Shown one piece after another: positions 35,723 to 47,282 of a DNA stretch of 64,000 bases. The notes below the pieces were generated by a model. It was not told the origin of the DNA and made no database searches. It saw only the letters and a list, made by a program, of their open reading frames with translations. A program made the position numbers and the translations under genes. Positions within the stretch are counted from its first letter, which is position 1. Every line of letters starts with the position of its first letter. Location of the stretch: positions 62,001 through 126,000 of the forward strand of contig OZ251230.1 of NCBI GenBank assembly GCA_965240325.2. Reading direction: 5' to 3'. This DNA is from Rebecca billardiae RCC1528 (taxonomy: Eukaryota; Protista; Haptophyta).

Positions 35723-36348
35723 AAAACAGACCGGCGCAGGCAGGTGAGGGGCGCGTTGCCGCACCTCATCGAGGCGGCCATTGCAGCAAGCGGCCGCCCC
35801 GCGCTCGGAGGCACGCGTTCGGGAGCCGCGCTCTGACACCACACGGGGAGGGTGCTGCACCTGGATGTTGTATCCCAGCCACCTCGAGAGTGCAGCCGCG
35901 CCAAACACCTGCCTGCGCTGTGAGCGACGCCACGTCGACTGATCGAGCCCCAGCCGAAGGGAAGAACTGGAAGATGAAGGGTGGGCAGGTCCACATGCCC
36001 GGCGTAAACTGCGCGCTGCTCGCCTGCGGAGGCAAGCAGCGCACCCCCGCCGCCTTCGCAGCAGCGGGGGCGGGGGAAAGCGGCCCCTCTCGGCTGCCGC
36101 CAGCCCCTGTCTGCCCACCTACCCCGGTTGTGGCACAGAGCCTTCGCCTGCCCCGAACACAAACACCTTGTGAACAGGGCCAGGCGCGGCCCCACGCCCC
36201 ATCGGGACGAGTGGGCCCGCGAAGAGCAGTGTACCCAGCGGCTGGTGAGCCAGGCTGCTCGTCGCAGGAGTGCGGCCGAAGACCGTTGGAACCTCCTTCA
36301 CTGTAGAACTTTTCGGCGAATTCGGCCTCGCAGTCCGCAAGGCGCAAC
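35723..36348 (-). ncRNA. Candidate large structured ncRNA of unknown family
   Basis: At least 8 nested helices, a long rod and a 9-bp pseudoknot-type pairing. Non-Watson-Crick positions are mostly G.U on the minus strand. A U4 run lies at the 3' end. Boundaries are approximate. Confidence 0.5.
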
Positions 36349-36405
36349 GGCGCGAGCGGCGACCATCCTCGGCACGCCCACGGCCGGCGGCGCCCGCGCG
36401 GCCGC

Positions 36406-37353
36406 ATGCTCAAGGGGCTCTTCGGCGCGCGTCGCTCGGCCGGCGGCGCGGCGTCGGACACGACCGTGCGCGTGCTCGAGGCCACCACCCCGCCGATGCG
36501 CACCGAGGGCGGCGGCGCGCTCGTGATCCGCGACTGCCTCGCGGGCTTCTCGGACGAGGCGGCAGACCCGTTCTTGCTGCTGCACGAGTTCGGGCCGATG
36601 GAGGTGACGCGCGAGACGGCGCCGCGGCTGGGGATGCACCCGCACCGGGGGTTCAACGAGGTGCCGTACTGCAAGCAGGGCGCCCTCGCGATGGCGGACC
36701 ACTGGGGCCACGTCGCGCATCTGGAGGCGGGCGGCTTGCAGTGGGGCAAGGTGGGCAGCGGGATCGAGCACGGCTCCGCGGACGGCGCCGAGTTCGAGGG
36801 CACGCTCCACGGGTTCCAGCTGTGGGTGAACCTGCCGGCCGCCAGCAAGATGGACCCACCCGCCTTCCAGGACGTCTCGCGCGCCGCCATGCCCGAGCTC
36901 GAGCCCGCGCCGGGCGTGCGCGTCAAGGTGCTCGTGGGCGCGCTCGGCGGCGCGCGCTCGCCCGTGCACACAGACGTGCGCGTGCAGTACCTCGACGTCG
37001 AGCTGCAGCCGGGCGCGACGTATGCGCACACGTACGACGAGCCCGCGATGAGCGCGCGCTTCGCGCTGTGCTACGACGGCGCGGGCATGGTCGACACCGA
37101 GCCGGCGGCGCCGCTCTCGGACGGCAAGTGCGTGCGGCTGAGCGCGGGCGGCGCGCCCGCCGAGTGCCTGCGGCTGGTGGCCTCTGAGCGGTTCCCGCTG
37201 CGGCTGCTGCTCCTGGCGGGCGAGCCGATCGGGGAGCCGATCGTGAGGTACGGCCCGTTCGTGATGAGCACGCAGCAGGAGATCGCGGCCGCGTTCGCCG
37301 CGTATCAGCAGGGGCAGCTGTGCCTGCCCACGCCTGAGTACCGCAAGCTGTAG
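36406..37353 (+). CDS. Pirin family bicupin
   Basis: DPFLLLHEF, HPHRGF, GGLQW..GSGIEH, HGFQLWVNLP and GEPIGEPIVRYGPFVM. Confidence 0.92.
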   Translation: MLKGLFGARRSAGGAASDTTVRVLEATTPPMRTEGGGALVIRDCLAGFSDEAADPFLLLHEFGPMEVTRETAPRLGMHPHRGFNEVPYCKQGALAMADHWGHVAHLEAGGLQWGKVGSGIEHGSADGAEFEGTLHGFQLWVNLPAASKMDPPAFQDVSRAAMPELEPAPGVRVKVLVGALGGARSPVHTDVRVQYLDVELQPGATYAHTYDEPAMSARFALCYDGAGMVDTEPAAPLSDGKCVRLSAGGAPAECLRLVASERFPLRLLLLAGEPIGEPIVRYGPFVMSTQQEIAAAFAAYQQGQLCLPTPEYRKL

Positions 37354-37961
37354 CCGTAGGGCCTCGAGCAGCTGTACTTTAGTAGCTAGCGCAGGTCTCT
37401 ACTACTGAGTACTGCACTGACTCGATGCGGTAATCTCAGCCGAGCCTACTAGGTTCAACTTGCGCTGGCGCGGACGTGCCGACTGCTGAACGGAACGATC
37501 GCCGGATCGATGACTCGACCGGCGTCGACCGGGTGTGGTTGAATGCATGGGAGGGTGGCCCAAGTAACTGCATGGCCGCCGAACGGATTCGCGCCATCAA
37601 CGATCAAGTCTTCCGCCGACAGAAGCAGCCAACAGCGTTGCAGCGCGCGTCTAGCTGACCATGCGCATGCCGACAGCGCGGGTCCGTGCGCTGCCTACCG
37701 GCCGGACCAAGACGGGCGCAGACTGAGACCGTGAGAGACCGCTTTGCCGAGGCCGCCCGATACGTGCGGCTGCGGGGCGGAACCGGGTCGGACCGTGCGG
37801 CGGCGCAGACTCCGCCGAAACCTGCTAGCGCGCGGCTCCGCCCGCGAGAGCCGCTCCGCGACCGATGCCTCGAGCGGCGTGCTCATCGGGCGGTTGCGCA
37901 CGAGCACGAGCTGTGGTGTGGGGCAAGGAGCGAGAGTCACAGCGACGCCGGGGCGGCCGCC

Positions 37962-40900
37962 ATGCTGGCGCTGTCTGGGACAGCAAACCTGCGCTGGCCG
38001 CCTGGCGCCTGGGGAGCGGCTGGCGGGGAGGAAGTGGGCACCGGCGGCGCCCGGCCCAAGGAGCGGCGCACCGCGCGGCGGAGGCGCGGCGCGGGCCCGA
38101 TGCTCCGCCTCGGGCGGCCGGGGCCGGGCGCGCCCCGCCGCTTCGTGGACGACGACGTCGACGAGTACAGCAGCGACGCCGAGCGCTCGGACGACGACGC
38201 CGAGGGCGACGAGCGAGCGTCGCCCGCGCCCGGCGCGCCGCCGGCGGGCGGCGCCGCCCACCCGCCGCCGCCGGGCGCGCTGAGCCGGTTCAGCGGCGCG
38301 AAGCGGAACTTCGCGGCGCCGTCGCGCATGCGCCTCTCCCTCACCATGCCCAGCCGCATGAGCGCCGGCCGCCGCCTCTCCGGCGGCTCGAGCGCGCCCT
38401 CGCACGAGCTGGACGAGTCGCCCGCGAGCGTGGCCGCGGCGGTCGCCGCGTCGGGGCGGCGCGAGTGGAAGCGCGCGAGCGCGGGCACGGTGCGCCGGTG
38501 GATCATCAAGGCCACCTCGAGCGAGCCCGGCGCGCCCAAGCCCAAGTACGTGCGCAAGCTCATCGTCGAGACGTGGGAGTGCGCGCGGCTGTCGGGGCCT
38601 CTGGAGCCGCTCACGCGCGCGTGCGTCACGCGGCTCGTGGCGCGCGCGGGCGCGGCGGAGCCGGCGGTGGCGTTCAAGGCGCTGGTGGCGCTGCACCGGC
38701 TCATGTCGCAGGGCCCGCAGGAGGCCGTGCCCACGCACACGCGCATGCTGCCCGAGCTGCGCGCCGCGCTGAGCCGGCACGGCGCGGGCGCGTGCGCGCG
38801 CGACGGCGCCGCCACCGTCGCGGTCTCCGCGGCCGCGGCGGCGTCGGCGGCGGTGCCGGCGCGCGCGCGCAGCGCGTCGCCCCGCTCGGCGTGGGGCGGC
38901 ATGCTCCAGGCGTACGCCGCGCACCTCCTCCTCCGCACCGCCTTCTTCTCGCGCGCGCACCGCGCGCTCTTCTACGAGCCCAACCTCTCGCTGCACGCGT
39001 GGTGCGTCGCGCAGCCGCCCGGCGCGATGAAGGCGGGGCTGGCGACGCGCGTGGAGGAGGGGTGCGCGGCGGAGCTGCTCGCGCTGCTGCGCTCGGCGCT
39101 CGCGCTGCTCGACCTGCTCTTCGCCGTCGCCGGCCTCGGCGCCGACGCGGCGGGCGCGGGCGCGGCGGCGGGCGGCAACGGCGGCGCGGCCGGCGCGGCC
39201 GGCGCGAACGGCGCGGCCGACGCGGCCGCCGCCGCCGCGGCCGCCGACGGCGACGCGGCGGGCGGCGGCGGCCCCGCGGCGCAAGCTGGCGGGCAGCCCG
39301 CCGCGCACGCGCTCTGCGCGATGGGCGCGCTGTACACCGCGGGCGTCGACGCCGCCGACGTGTTCGCCGCGCTGCTGTTTGCGCTGCGCGTCGTGGACGC
39401 GAGGCGCGCGGCCGCGGCGGCGGAGGCGCGCGGCGCCGGCGGCGGCGGCGGCGGCGCGGAGGGGGAGGGCGGGCGGCACGCGTGCGCGCACGAGGCCGGC
39501 GCGGACGCGGCGGCGGACGCGGCCGGCGCGGCCGGCGGCGCGGCCGACGTCGAGTCGCTGCGCGCGGCCGCGCGCGCGCACCACGGCGCGCTGTGCGCCT
39601 CCGCGCGCCTCATCTGCGCGCACGGCGCCCAGCTGCAGGTCGCGCTGCCGCTGGGGCTGCTGCAGCTCGCGGCGGGCGAGCGGCCGGCGGAGCTGGCGCC
39701 GGGGGGCGCGCGCGCCGCCGCCGCGGCGAGGGGCGCGCAGCAGCAGCACCCGCCGCAGCGGCAGCGCGCGCACTCGCTCACAGGCACGCCGCCGGCCTCG
39801 CCGCGCGCCGAGCCGGCGCCCGAGCCGGAGCCCGCCCAGCCCGAGCCTCTGATCGGGCTGAGCGGCGCGGGCGGCGGCGCGGGCGGCGCGGGCGGCGGCG
39901 CGGTCGCGCAGCGGCGCGCGCACGCCTTCGCCGCCGCCGCCGCCTCCGCGCCGCTGCTCGGCGCCGCGGCGGACGTCGGCGCCCCGCTGCCGGCCGAGTG
40001 GCCGGACTCGGGCTGCCGGGGCGACGCGCTGGGGGGCGCGCCGCGCACGCCGTCGGGCGGCGCGGGCGCGGCGGCGCACGTGGGCGCGCACGCGCCCGCG
40101 TCGCCGCGCACGCCGGCCACGCCGCGCGGCCCCGCGCCCCACGGCCCCGCCGTCTCGCTCCTCGACCTCGGCGTCGAGGACTTTGCCCTCGGCGCGGACG
40201 GCTCGGCCGGCTGGTTCGGTCCTCAGTCGCTCACGGCGCAGATCAGCGCGCTGCTGCTGCACGAGCAGCCGCGCTCGCCGAGGGCGGCGGGGGCGGTGCA
40301 GCCGCACGCGGGCGGCGGCGGCGGGGCTGGCGGGGGCGGCGCGGCGGCGGAGGCGCTGCCGCCGCTGCCGGCCGCGGCGCACGCGCAGCGCCAGCCCGCG
40401 GCCGCGGCCGCCCCGTGGGCAGCGGCGCGCGCGGGGCAGCAGGGACCGGCGCCGTGCGCGCCGCACCCGCCGGGCGCGTCCGCCGCGCTGTGCGCGGACG
40501 GCGGCGGCGCCGCCGGCGGCGCCGGCGCGAGCGGCGCGCCCGGCTGCTGCGCGCCCGGCCCCGCCCCCGGCACCGCGGGCGTCGACCTGTGGACGCGCCC
40601 CAGCTGGGCGTCGGAGCGAGACGGCTCGGGCAGCAGCGAGGAGGAGGAGGGCGGCGGGGACGAGGATGAGCTGAGCGCGCCCCCGCTGCCGCCGCGCGCG
40701 TTCGACGCGCTCGGGCTGCCCGCGGAGGAGCGGGGCGGCGCGCCGGGCGCGCGCCCGCCGCAGCACCACCGCGCCGCCAGCGGCTTCGACTGCGCGCCGC
40801 GCGCGTGCGCTGGTTGCGTGAGCGCGTACGCGTGCGGGCACGCGGGCGCGCTCGTGCGGCGCTGGACCGAGCCCGAGCCGCAGCACCACGGGCCGCCGAG

Positions 40901-42063
40901 CGCGCATGCCGGCCGCGCCGCGCTCGGCGCGTGCGGCAGCCAGGCCGACGGCTGCGGCGGCGGCGCGTGCGTGCAGCGCTCGAGCACGGCCGCCAGCCTG
41001 CCCGCACACGGCCGCGCGGAGGGCGGGGCCGCACCCGCGCCCGACGGCCGCCGGTTCAGCGGCAGCTTGAGCGGGTGCTGCGCGTCGAGCGCGCAGCACC
41101 CGCCGCGCGCGCGGCACGCCTCGCCGCCCGGCTCCGCGCCGCGAACCGCCGCCGCGGGCGGAGGCGCGTGCTCGCCGCACACGCCGTGCACGCCCGCGCG
41201 CGGCGGCGCGGAGCCGGGCGCGCGCTGGCCCGCGGACGTGGGCGCGCTGCCGTCCTCGCTGCTCGACGAGCGGCTCCCGGGCGCGCAGGAGCTGCTCCTG
41301 GCCGCGCCGCTCGGCGCGTGCGTGGGCGACGCGCGCGCCGAGGCCGGTGGGGCGGCGCCGCCCGCGTGCGCGCGCGTGCTCGCGCCCGCGGCGCGCGGCG
41401 GCGACGGCGGCGCGAGCGCGCCGCCGCAGCCGGCAGCAGCGGCGCCGCAGCAGCAGCCGCAGCAGCACGCGCAGCCGGCGCCGACGCCGCCGCAGCGCCC
41501 CGGCCGCACGCGCCCCGGGACGATGGCGGCACGCGCGCCGCCGCCGCCGCCGCCCGCGCAGCAGCAGTTGCCGCCGAGCGCGGGCTGCGGCGCGGCCGAG
41601 GGCGGCGCAGGCGGCGCGGCGGCTGCATACCGCGCGGCGTCGGCCGCCGCGGCGGGCACCTGCGCGGGACCGGACGCGCCCGCGCAGCAGCACCCGCCGC
41701 CCGCCGCCGCCGCCGCCGCCGGGCGCTCTCGGCCGACGCACCGGCGCTCGCCCTCGGTCGACTTGAACGCGCTGCGCTCGCGGCAGCAGGCGGCGGGCGG
41801 CGCGCCGGGCGCGGTGATGGCGTCGCTCGCGGCGGCGGCGGCGGCGCAGCACGCACACGCGGCGTGCGCGCCCGGCGGCGCCGGCGCCGCGGCGGGCGGG
41901 AGCGCGGCGGCGCACCTCGCGCTGCCGCCCGCCGCGGGCGGCGCGCTCGGCAGCGGCAGCGGCGGCGGCGCGTGCTGCGGGCTGCGCGCGCACGCGCTGC
42001 GCAGGCTCGAGCACGCGTCGCAGCAGCAGCAGCGGCAGCAGCAGCTGCCGCCGGGCTGCGGCT

Positions 42064-42097
<34 letters not shown>

Positions 42098-44300
42098 GGG
42101 CAGCGGCGCCGGCATCGCGCCGCCGCCGTGGGCCGCGCGCGTGGGCGGCGCGCGCGCCGAGGGCGCCGAGGGCGGCGAGGACCTGTGGGCGCACTCGCCG
42201 TGCTCGGGCGTGCTGCCCGCCGAGTGCGCCGCGCCGCCGCCCTCGGCGTGCGCCGCGCCGTGCGCCGGCGCGGGCGCCGTGTGCTCGCAGCTCTCGACAG
42301 AGCTGCCGCTGATTGCCGGAGCGGTGCGCGGCGCGGGCGGGGCGTGCGCGCGCGGGCTGCCCGCCTGCGGCTGCTGCGGCGCGGGCAGCGACGCGTCGAG
42401 CGTCGGCGCGGGTGCGCGGAGCAGCGGCGGCGCGCCCCACGCCGCAGCAGGCCCCTTCCTCTCGTGCACCGCGGCCAACGTCGCCGCCGCCGCCGCCGCC
42501 GCCGCCGCCGTCGCGGGCGCGAGCGCGGACGGCTCGGGCGGCGGGTGCGGCCGCGCGGCCGCGTGCGCCGAGCGCGCGGACGCGTCCTCCTCGCAGCAGC
42601 CCTCGCCCACGGGCACGTTCATCTGCCACTCGGACGGGGAGGAGGAGGCCGAGGAGGCGGGGCCGGGCGGCGGCGGCGGCGCGTGCGAGCGGCGCGCCGC
42701 CTCGGCCGTCCCCGCAATCTCGATCGGCGAGATCGGCGAGGCCCCGCGCGAGGAGGAGGAGGAGGAGGAGGCGGAGGAGGCGGGCGGCGCGGCGGCGCCC
42801 GCGGGCGCGGCGGCGGCGGCGTCCGCGGCGAGCAGCGCGGCGTGCAGCCTCTGCCACCCGCCCTCCGGCCCCTCCACCTTTGTCGTGCACGCCAGCGACA
42901 CCTCCGCCTCCGCCTCGCGCTCACACGGCTCACACGGCTCCCACGCGCCACACAGCTCACACGCGTCGGCGCTCGGCTCGGCCGCGGCGCTTGCGGCGGC
43001 CGCGGCCGCGGCCGAGTCGGGCGGCGGCGCGGCCGCGGGCGCGCGCGGCGGCGCGGGCGGCGCGCCGCGCGCGCGGCACTCGCACTCGCGCTCGGTCGAC
43101 GCGCGGCGCGCGCCCTCGATCGAGGCGCTCTCCGCCTCCGCCGCCATCCCGATGCGCGAGATCTGGCTCGACCGGCTTGTGGGGCGCGGCTCCTTTGCCG
43201 AGGTGTACAGGGCGGAGTGGCGGGGCACGCCCGTGGCGGTGAAGCGGATGCTGGGCAACCCGCTGGCGGACGCGCGCGCGCTGCACGACTTTTTGGTGGA
43301 GGCGTCGATGCTGCAGTCGCTGCGCCACCCCAACATCGTTCTGTTCATGGGCGTGTGCGTGCGCGCGCCGCACCTCTGCATCGTGACCGAGTACGTCAAC
43401 AACGGCAACCTCTTCGGGCTGCTGCGCGACACGGCGCGCAGGCCGAGGCTGCCGCTCGCGCTCAAGCTGAGGATGGCGCTCGACGTGGCGCGCGGGATGT
43501 GCGCGCGCGGCGTGCACGCGCACAGCCGCCGCCGCCCGTCCCTGTCGGCGCGCCCGTCCGGCCGGCCTGACACGCGCGCGCGTGCCACACGCGCGCGTGC
43601 GCACGCGCATCAGGAACTTTTTGCACCTCAAGGCGCCGCCCGTGCTGCACCGCGACCTCAAGTCGCTCAACCTGCTCGTGGACGAGGTGGGCCGCGTCAA
43701 GATCACCGACTTTGGCCTCGCGCGCGCCAAGGCGATGGCGGGCGCCAACATGACGGCGCAGTGCGGCACCTGGCAGTGGATGGCGCCGGAGGTGCGCACA
43801 GCGCGCGCGCAACAGCGCGCGCGCACAGCGCGCGCGGGAGGGTGGAGCGGGTGGCCGCCCACCGCCCCGCCCGCTCCCGCCCCCCCGCCCCCCCCTCCCC
43901 GCAGGTGCTCCAGTCGCAGCTCTACTCCGAGTCCGCGGACGTGTACTCGTACGGCATCGTGCTGTGGGAGCTGGTCACGCGCAGCCTGCCGTACGAGGGG
44001 CTGAGCGCGCCGCAGGTGGCGATGGAGGTGTCGCGCGGGGGCAGGCCGGAGGTGCCGCCCGCCTCGGCGGACGCGCCCGAGCGCTGGCTGCAGCTGATGG
44101 TGCAGTGCTGGCACACGGAGCCGAGCGCGCGGCCGGTGTTCAGCGAGGTGCTGCGCGTGCTGCTGCTCATGCAGAGGGAGGTCGCCGCGCAGCAGCAGCA
44201 GGCGCAGCAGCAGGCGCAGCAGCAGCAGCAGGTACTGCAGCAGCAGCACCAGCAGCCGCCACCGCCGCAGCATCAGACATCGCAGCCCTTGGCGTCGTAG
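37962..44300 (+). CDS. ANTH-domain + low-complexity linker + C-terminal TKL (Raf-like) kinase; exons 37962-43498, 43614-43791, 43905-44300 (~2036 aa)
   Basis: ANTH-like [35 protein letters not shown]. Kinase motifs [42 protein letters not shown] and [11 protein letters not shown]. The two introns total 228 nt, which is why the ORF track reads through. Confidence 0.85.
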
Positions 44301-44560
44301 CGGCCAGCAGGAGCTCGTCACCGCCGTCGTGGGCAGCTGGTCCAACACGTCGGAGGCGGGGACGAACGTACTCAACAGCACTGCTTCTGCAGAGAAAAGG
44401 TCCGGCGGAACTGTATGACGATACAGTCGTAGTCGTATCTTTTCACTACTGTCGTCCGGGTATACAGTCGTAACATCAGTAGCTATTGTACAGCACTGCT
44501 GATGCTGGCCGTTTGCTGCGATGCGGCTTTGCGCGGCGGCGGACTGATATGCTGCGCACG

Positions 44561-45649
44561 ATGGGTGCCGCGTGCTGCTGCGCGCGTGCCGAAGAGGCGG
44601 CTCCGCGAGGCCCCGCGGCATCCGCCGACGCCCTGGTGCCCGTCGTGCCCACGGCAGAGCCCAAACCCGCCGCCGAGCCGCCACCCGCGAGCGGCCCAGC
44701 CCCGGCCTCCGCCGCCGAGCCGCCGCTCGCGTTTGACGCCGTGCACGCGGCCGTCGTGGCCGAGATCGAGGCGCACGCGGACGTGTGGGTGCGCGAGCGC
44801 AAGGACCTCGAGGCCGTGGTCGCGCGGTTCCGCGCGCTCCGCGGGCGCGTGCCGATGATGCGCCTCGTGCACGGCAGCACGCTCGCCCAGCTCGGCCGCA
44901 TCCCGCGCTCGGACGAGCTCGGCGCGGACGGCGCGCCGTACTGGCGGCCCCTCGACGAGGTGCACGCGGCGTGGGAGGCGCGGCCGATCGAGGGCGACGC
45001 GGCCGGGCGGCGGTACGCGCGGCTCAACGTCGCCTTCCTCAGCCACCGCTGGACGCGCCCGGCGGAGGGCCGCCCGGACGACGCGTCGGGCTCGAAGGCG
45101 CAGATCGTGCGCGCGCTCACGCAGTACGGCCGCAGCGTGTACGCGCACGACAGCTGGTGGTGGATCGACTGGACGTGCGCGGACCAGCAGCACACGGCCG
45201 GGCACATCGCCGCGCTGCCGCTCTACATCGCCGCCTCCACCGAGCTCGTCTCCGTCTACCCGCCCGGCACCGACTACGACCGGCGCGGCTGGATCCGGTG
45301 CGAGCGCGCGCTCGGCGCCGCGCTCAACTCGCCGCGCGCGTGGAAGATGGTGCCGCCCGAGGAGTTCGCGCGGCTGCGCGCGGTGGGCGCGGCGCCGGCG
45401 CAGACGGAGTGGTGGACGCTCGACGACCCGGCGCTCGGCGAGGCGAGCGTCGAGGCGGACCGCGCGTACCTCGCCGCCCTCTCCGCGCTCGCGCTCAGGC
45501 TGTGGCCGGTCGGGTACGCGGCCAACTGGCACGCGGAGAGCAACCAGTACGCGGACTGGGGGTACGAGCCGAGGCTCGAGTACGGCAAGACGCGCATCTT
45601 CACGTGGTGCATGAACTACTACTCGGGGCTGGGCGCGGAGGAAGCGTAG
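44561..45649 (+). CDS. HET (heterokaryon-incompatibility/TIR-like) domain protein with N-terminal MGAACCC acylation motif (alternative ATG 44549)
   Basis: Motifs FLSHRW, WIDWTCADQ, LPLYI and YDRRGWIRCE; Gly2 followed by three Cys. Confidence 0.7.
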   Translation: MGAACCCARAEEAAPRGPAASADALVPVVPTAEPKPAAEPPPASGPAPASAAEPPLAFDAVHAAVVAEIEAHADVWVRERKDLEAVVARFRALRGRVPMMRLVHGSTLAQLGRIPRSDELGADGAPYWRPLDEVHAAWEARPIEGDAAGRRYARLNVAFLSHRWTRPAEGRPDDASGSKAQIVRALTQYGRSVYAHDSWWWIDWTCADQQHTAGHIAALPLYIAASTELVSVYPPGTDYDRRGWIRCERALGAALNSPRAWKMVPPEEFARLRAVGAAPAQTEWWTLDDPALGEASVEADRAYLAALSALALRLWPVGYAANWHAESNQYADWGYEPRLEYGKTRIFTWCMNYYSGLGAEEA

Positions 45650-45973
45650 CCCCCGGCACGCGTACACCAACAGATTCTACTCACATCGTTCCGTCACCCC
45701 ATATGAATGATACGAGGCAATCGGACGTTTTCGCGCTCGTCTTTCTAACAAAACGACAATGGACCGGCGCGCGGTACTTGTCCGGCGGATCGCGCCGCTT
45801 TTGTAGGAGTGTTCCCATGAGATTGCGATCTTACTTCTCGCCGCGCGCGCGCGCAACCAGCGACTCTGAGTGAGCAAGCAGCTCGTCATTCATCGCCGAG
45901 CACACAGCGCCGACCCGACGTCGTGCTCGAAAAGCCCACCGCGGGCGGCAGCACCAGCAGCGGGCGCGGCGCG

Positions 45974-47231
45974 ATGGCGAATGACGGCCTCTGGCGCGTG
46001 GTGGGCTACAGCCCGAGCATCATCGGCGACTCGCCCTCCGTCGACGTGTACAGCCCCGCGCGCGCCAACATCCACGAGCGCGACCTGCCGCTGATCCGCG
46101 CGATGGGCGCGACGCACATCCGGCTGTGGTCGTGGAGCCTCGAGCGCGACTACCGCGGCTTCCTCGACGCGTGCCAGGCGCACGGGCTGCGCGTGCTCAT
46201 CTCCTTCCCGCTCCGCTCCGAGTGGTACGAGGACATCGTCTCGCGGCGCGCGCTCGAGCTGATCGAGCGAGACTTCCGCACGTTTGTGCAGACGCACGCG
46301 GGGCACGAGGCGGTGGCGATGTGGCTGCTGGGCAACGAGCCGAACGTGGACGCGGCGTACAACGACAACCCGCTCACGTTCTACGACGCGGTCCGCCGCC
46401 TCCTGCGCGTGCTCGACGAGCTGGACGCGACGCACAAGCGGCCGTCGTGCGTGCCGCTCGGCGACGTGCAGATCCGCGCGTGGGTCGAGGCGTACGAGCG
46501 CGAGCCGCTGGGGCTGGACATGTGGTGCCTCCAGGTGTACCGCGGGCGCACGTTCGGCGGGCTCTTCACCGACTACTTCGAGCACAGCACGCTGCCGCTG
46601 CTCATCACCGAGTTTGGGTACGACGCGTGGAACCTGCGGAACGGCACGGTGCGCGCGTGGCCGCAGGCGGACGCGGTGCACGCGCTCTGGAAGGAGATCG
46701 AGGCGGCGGCGCGGCTGCGGCCGTGCCGGGGCTCGCGGCCGAAGGGGTGCGTGCGCGGCGGCGCCGTCTTCGAGTGGAGCGACGAGTGGTGGAAGGGCGC
46801 GGGCGACAGCGCGCGCGCGATCATCGGCTGCCCCGACCGCGACGCTTCCCGGCAGCGGCCGTGCGGCCACGACTCGGACGGCTTCGACGACGGCCACCTG
46901 TCGGAGGAGTACATGGGGCTGGGCGAGATCTTCGACTCGCACGGGCAGCACTGCCTGCGCCTGCGCCCCGCGTACTACCGCCTCGCCGACGCGTGGGGCT
47001 CGCTCGGCCCCGCCAAGGCGGCGGCTGGCGGCGGCGTGCACTGCGCGGGCGGCCTCCCGGTCTCCACGCTGCTGCCGTGGGCGGCGCTGTTCGGCGCGCT
47101 GCTGCTGGGCGCGCTGCTCGCGCTGTGCGTGGCGGGCGGCGTGCTGCGCCGCTGCGTGGGCGCGCCGGCTGACGACGTCGAGGCCAACCCGGGGCGCCAC
47201 CGCACACGACCGATGGGGCGGCTGAGCACGA

Positions 47232-47282
<51 letters not shown>

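Noticed and set aside
35723-36348. Assignment to telomerase RNA, RNase P/MRP, SRP, U1/U3, snR30 or hammerhead
   Set aside because: Diagnostic sequence motifs were not found by eye, so it is left unassigned.
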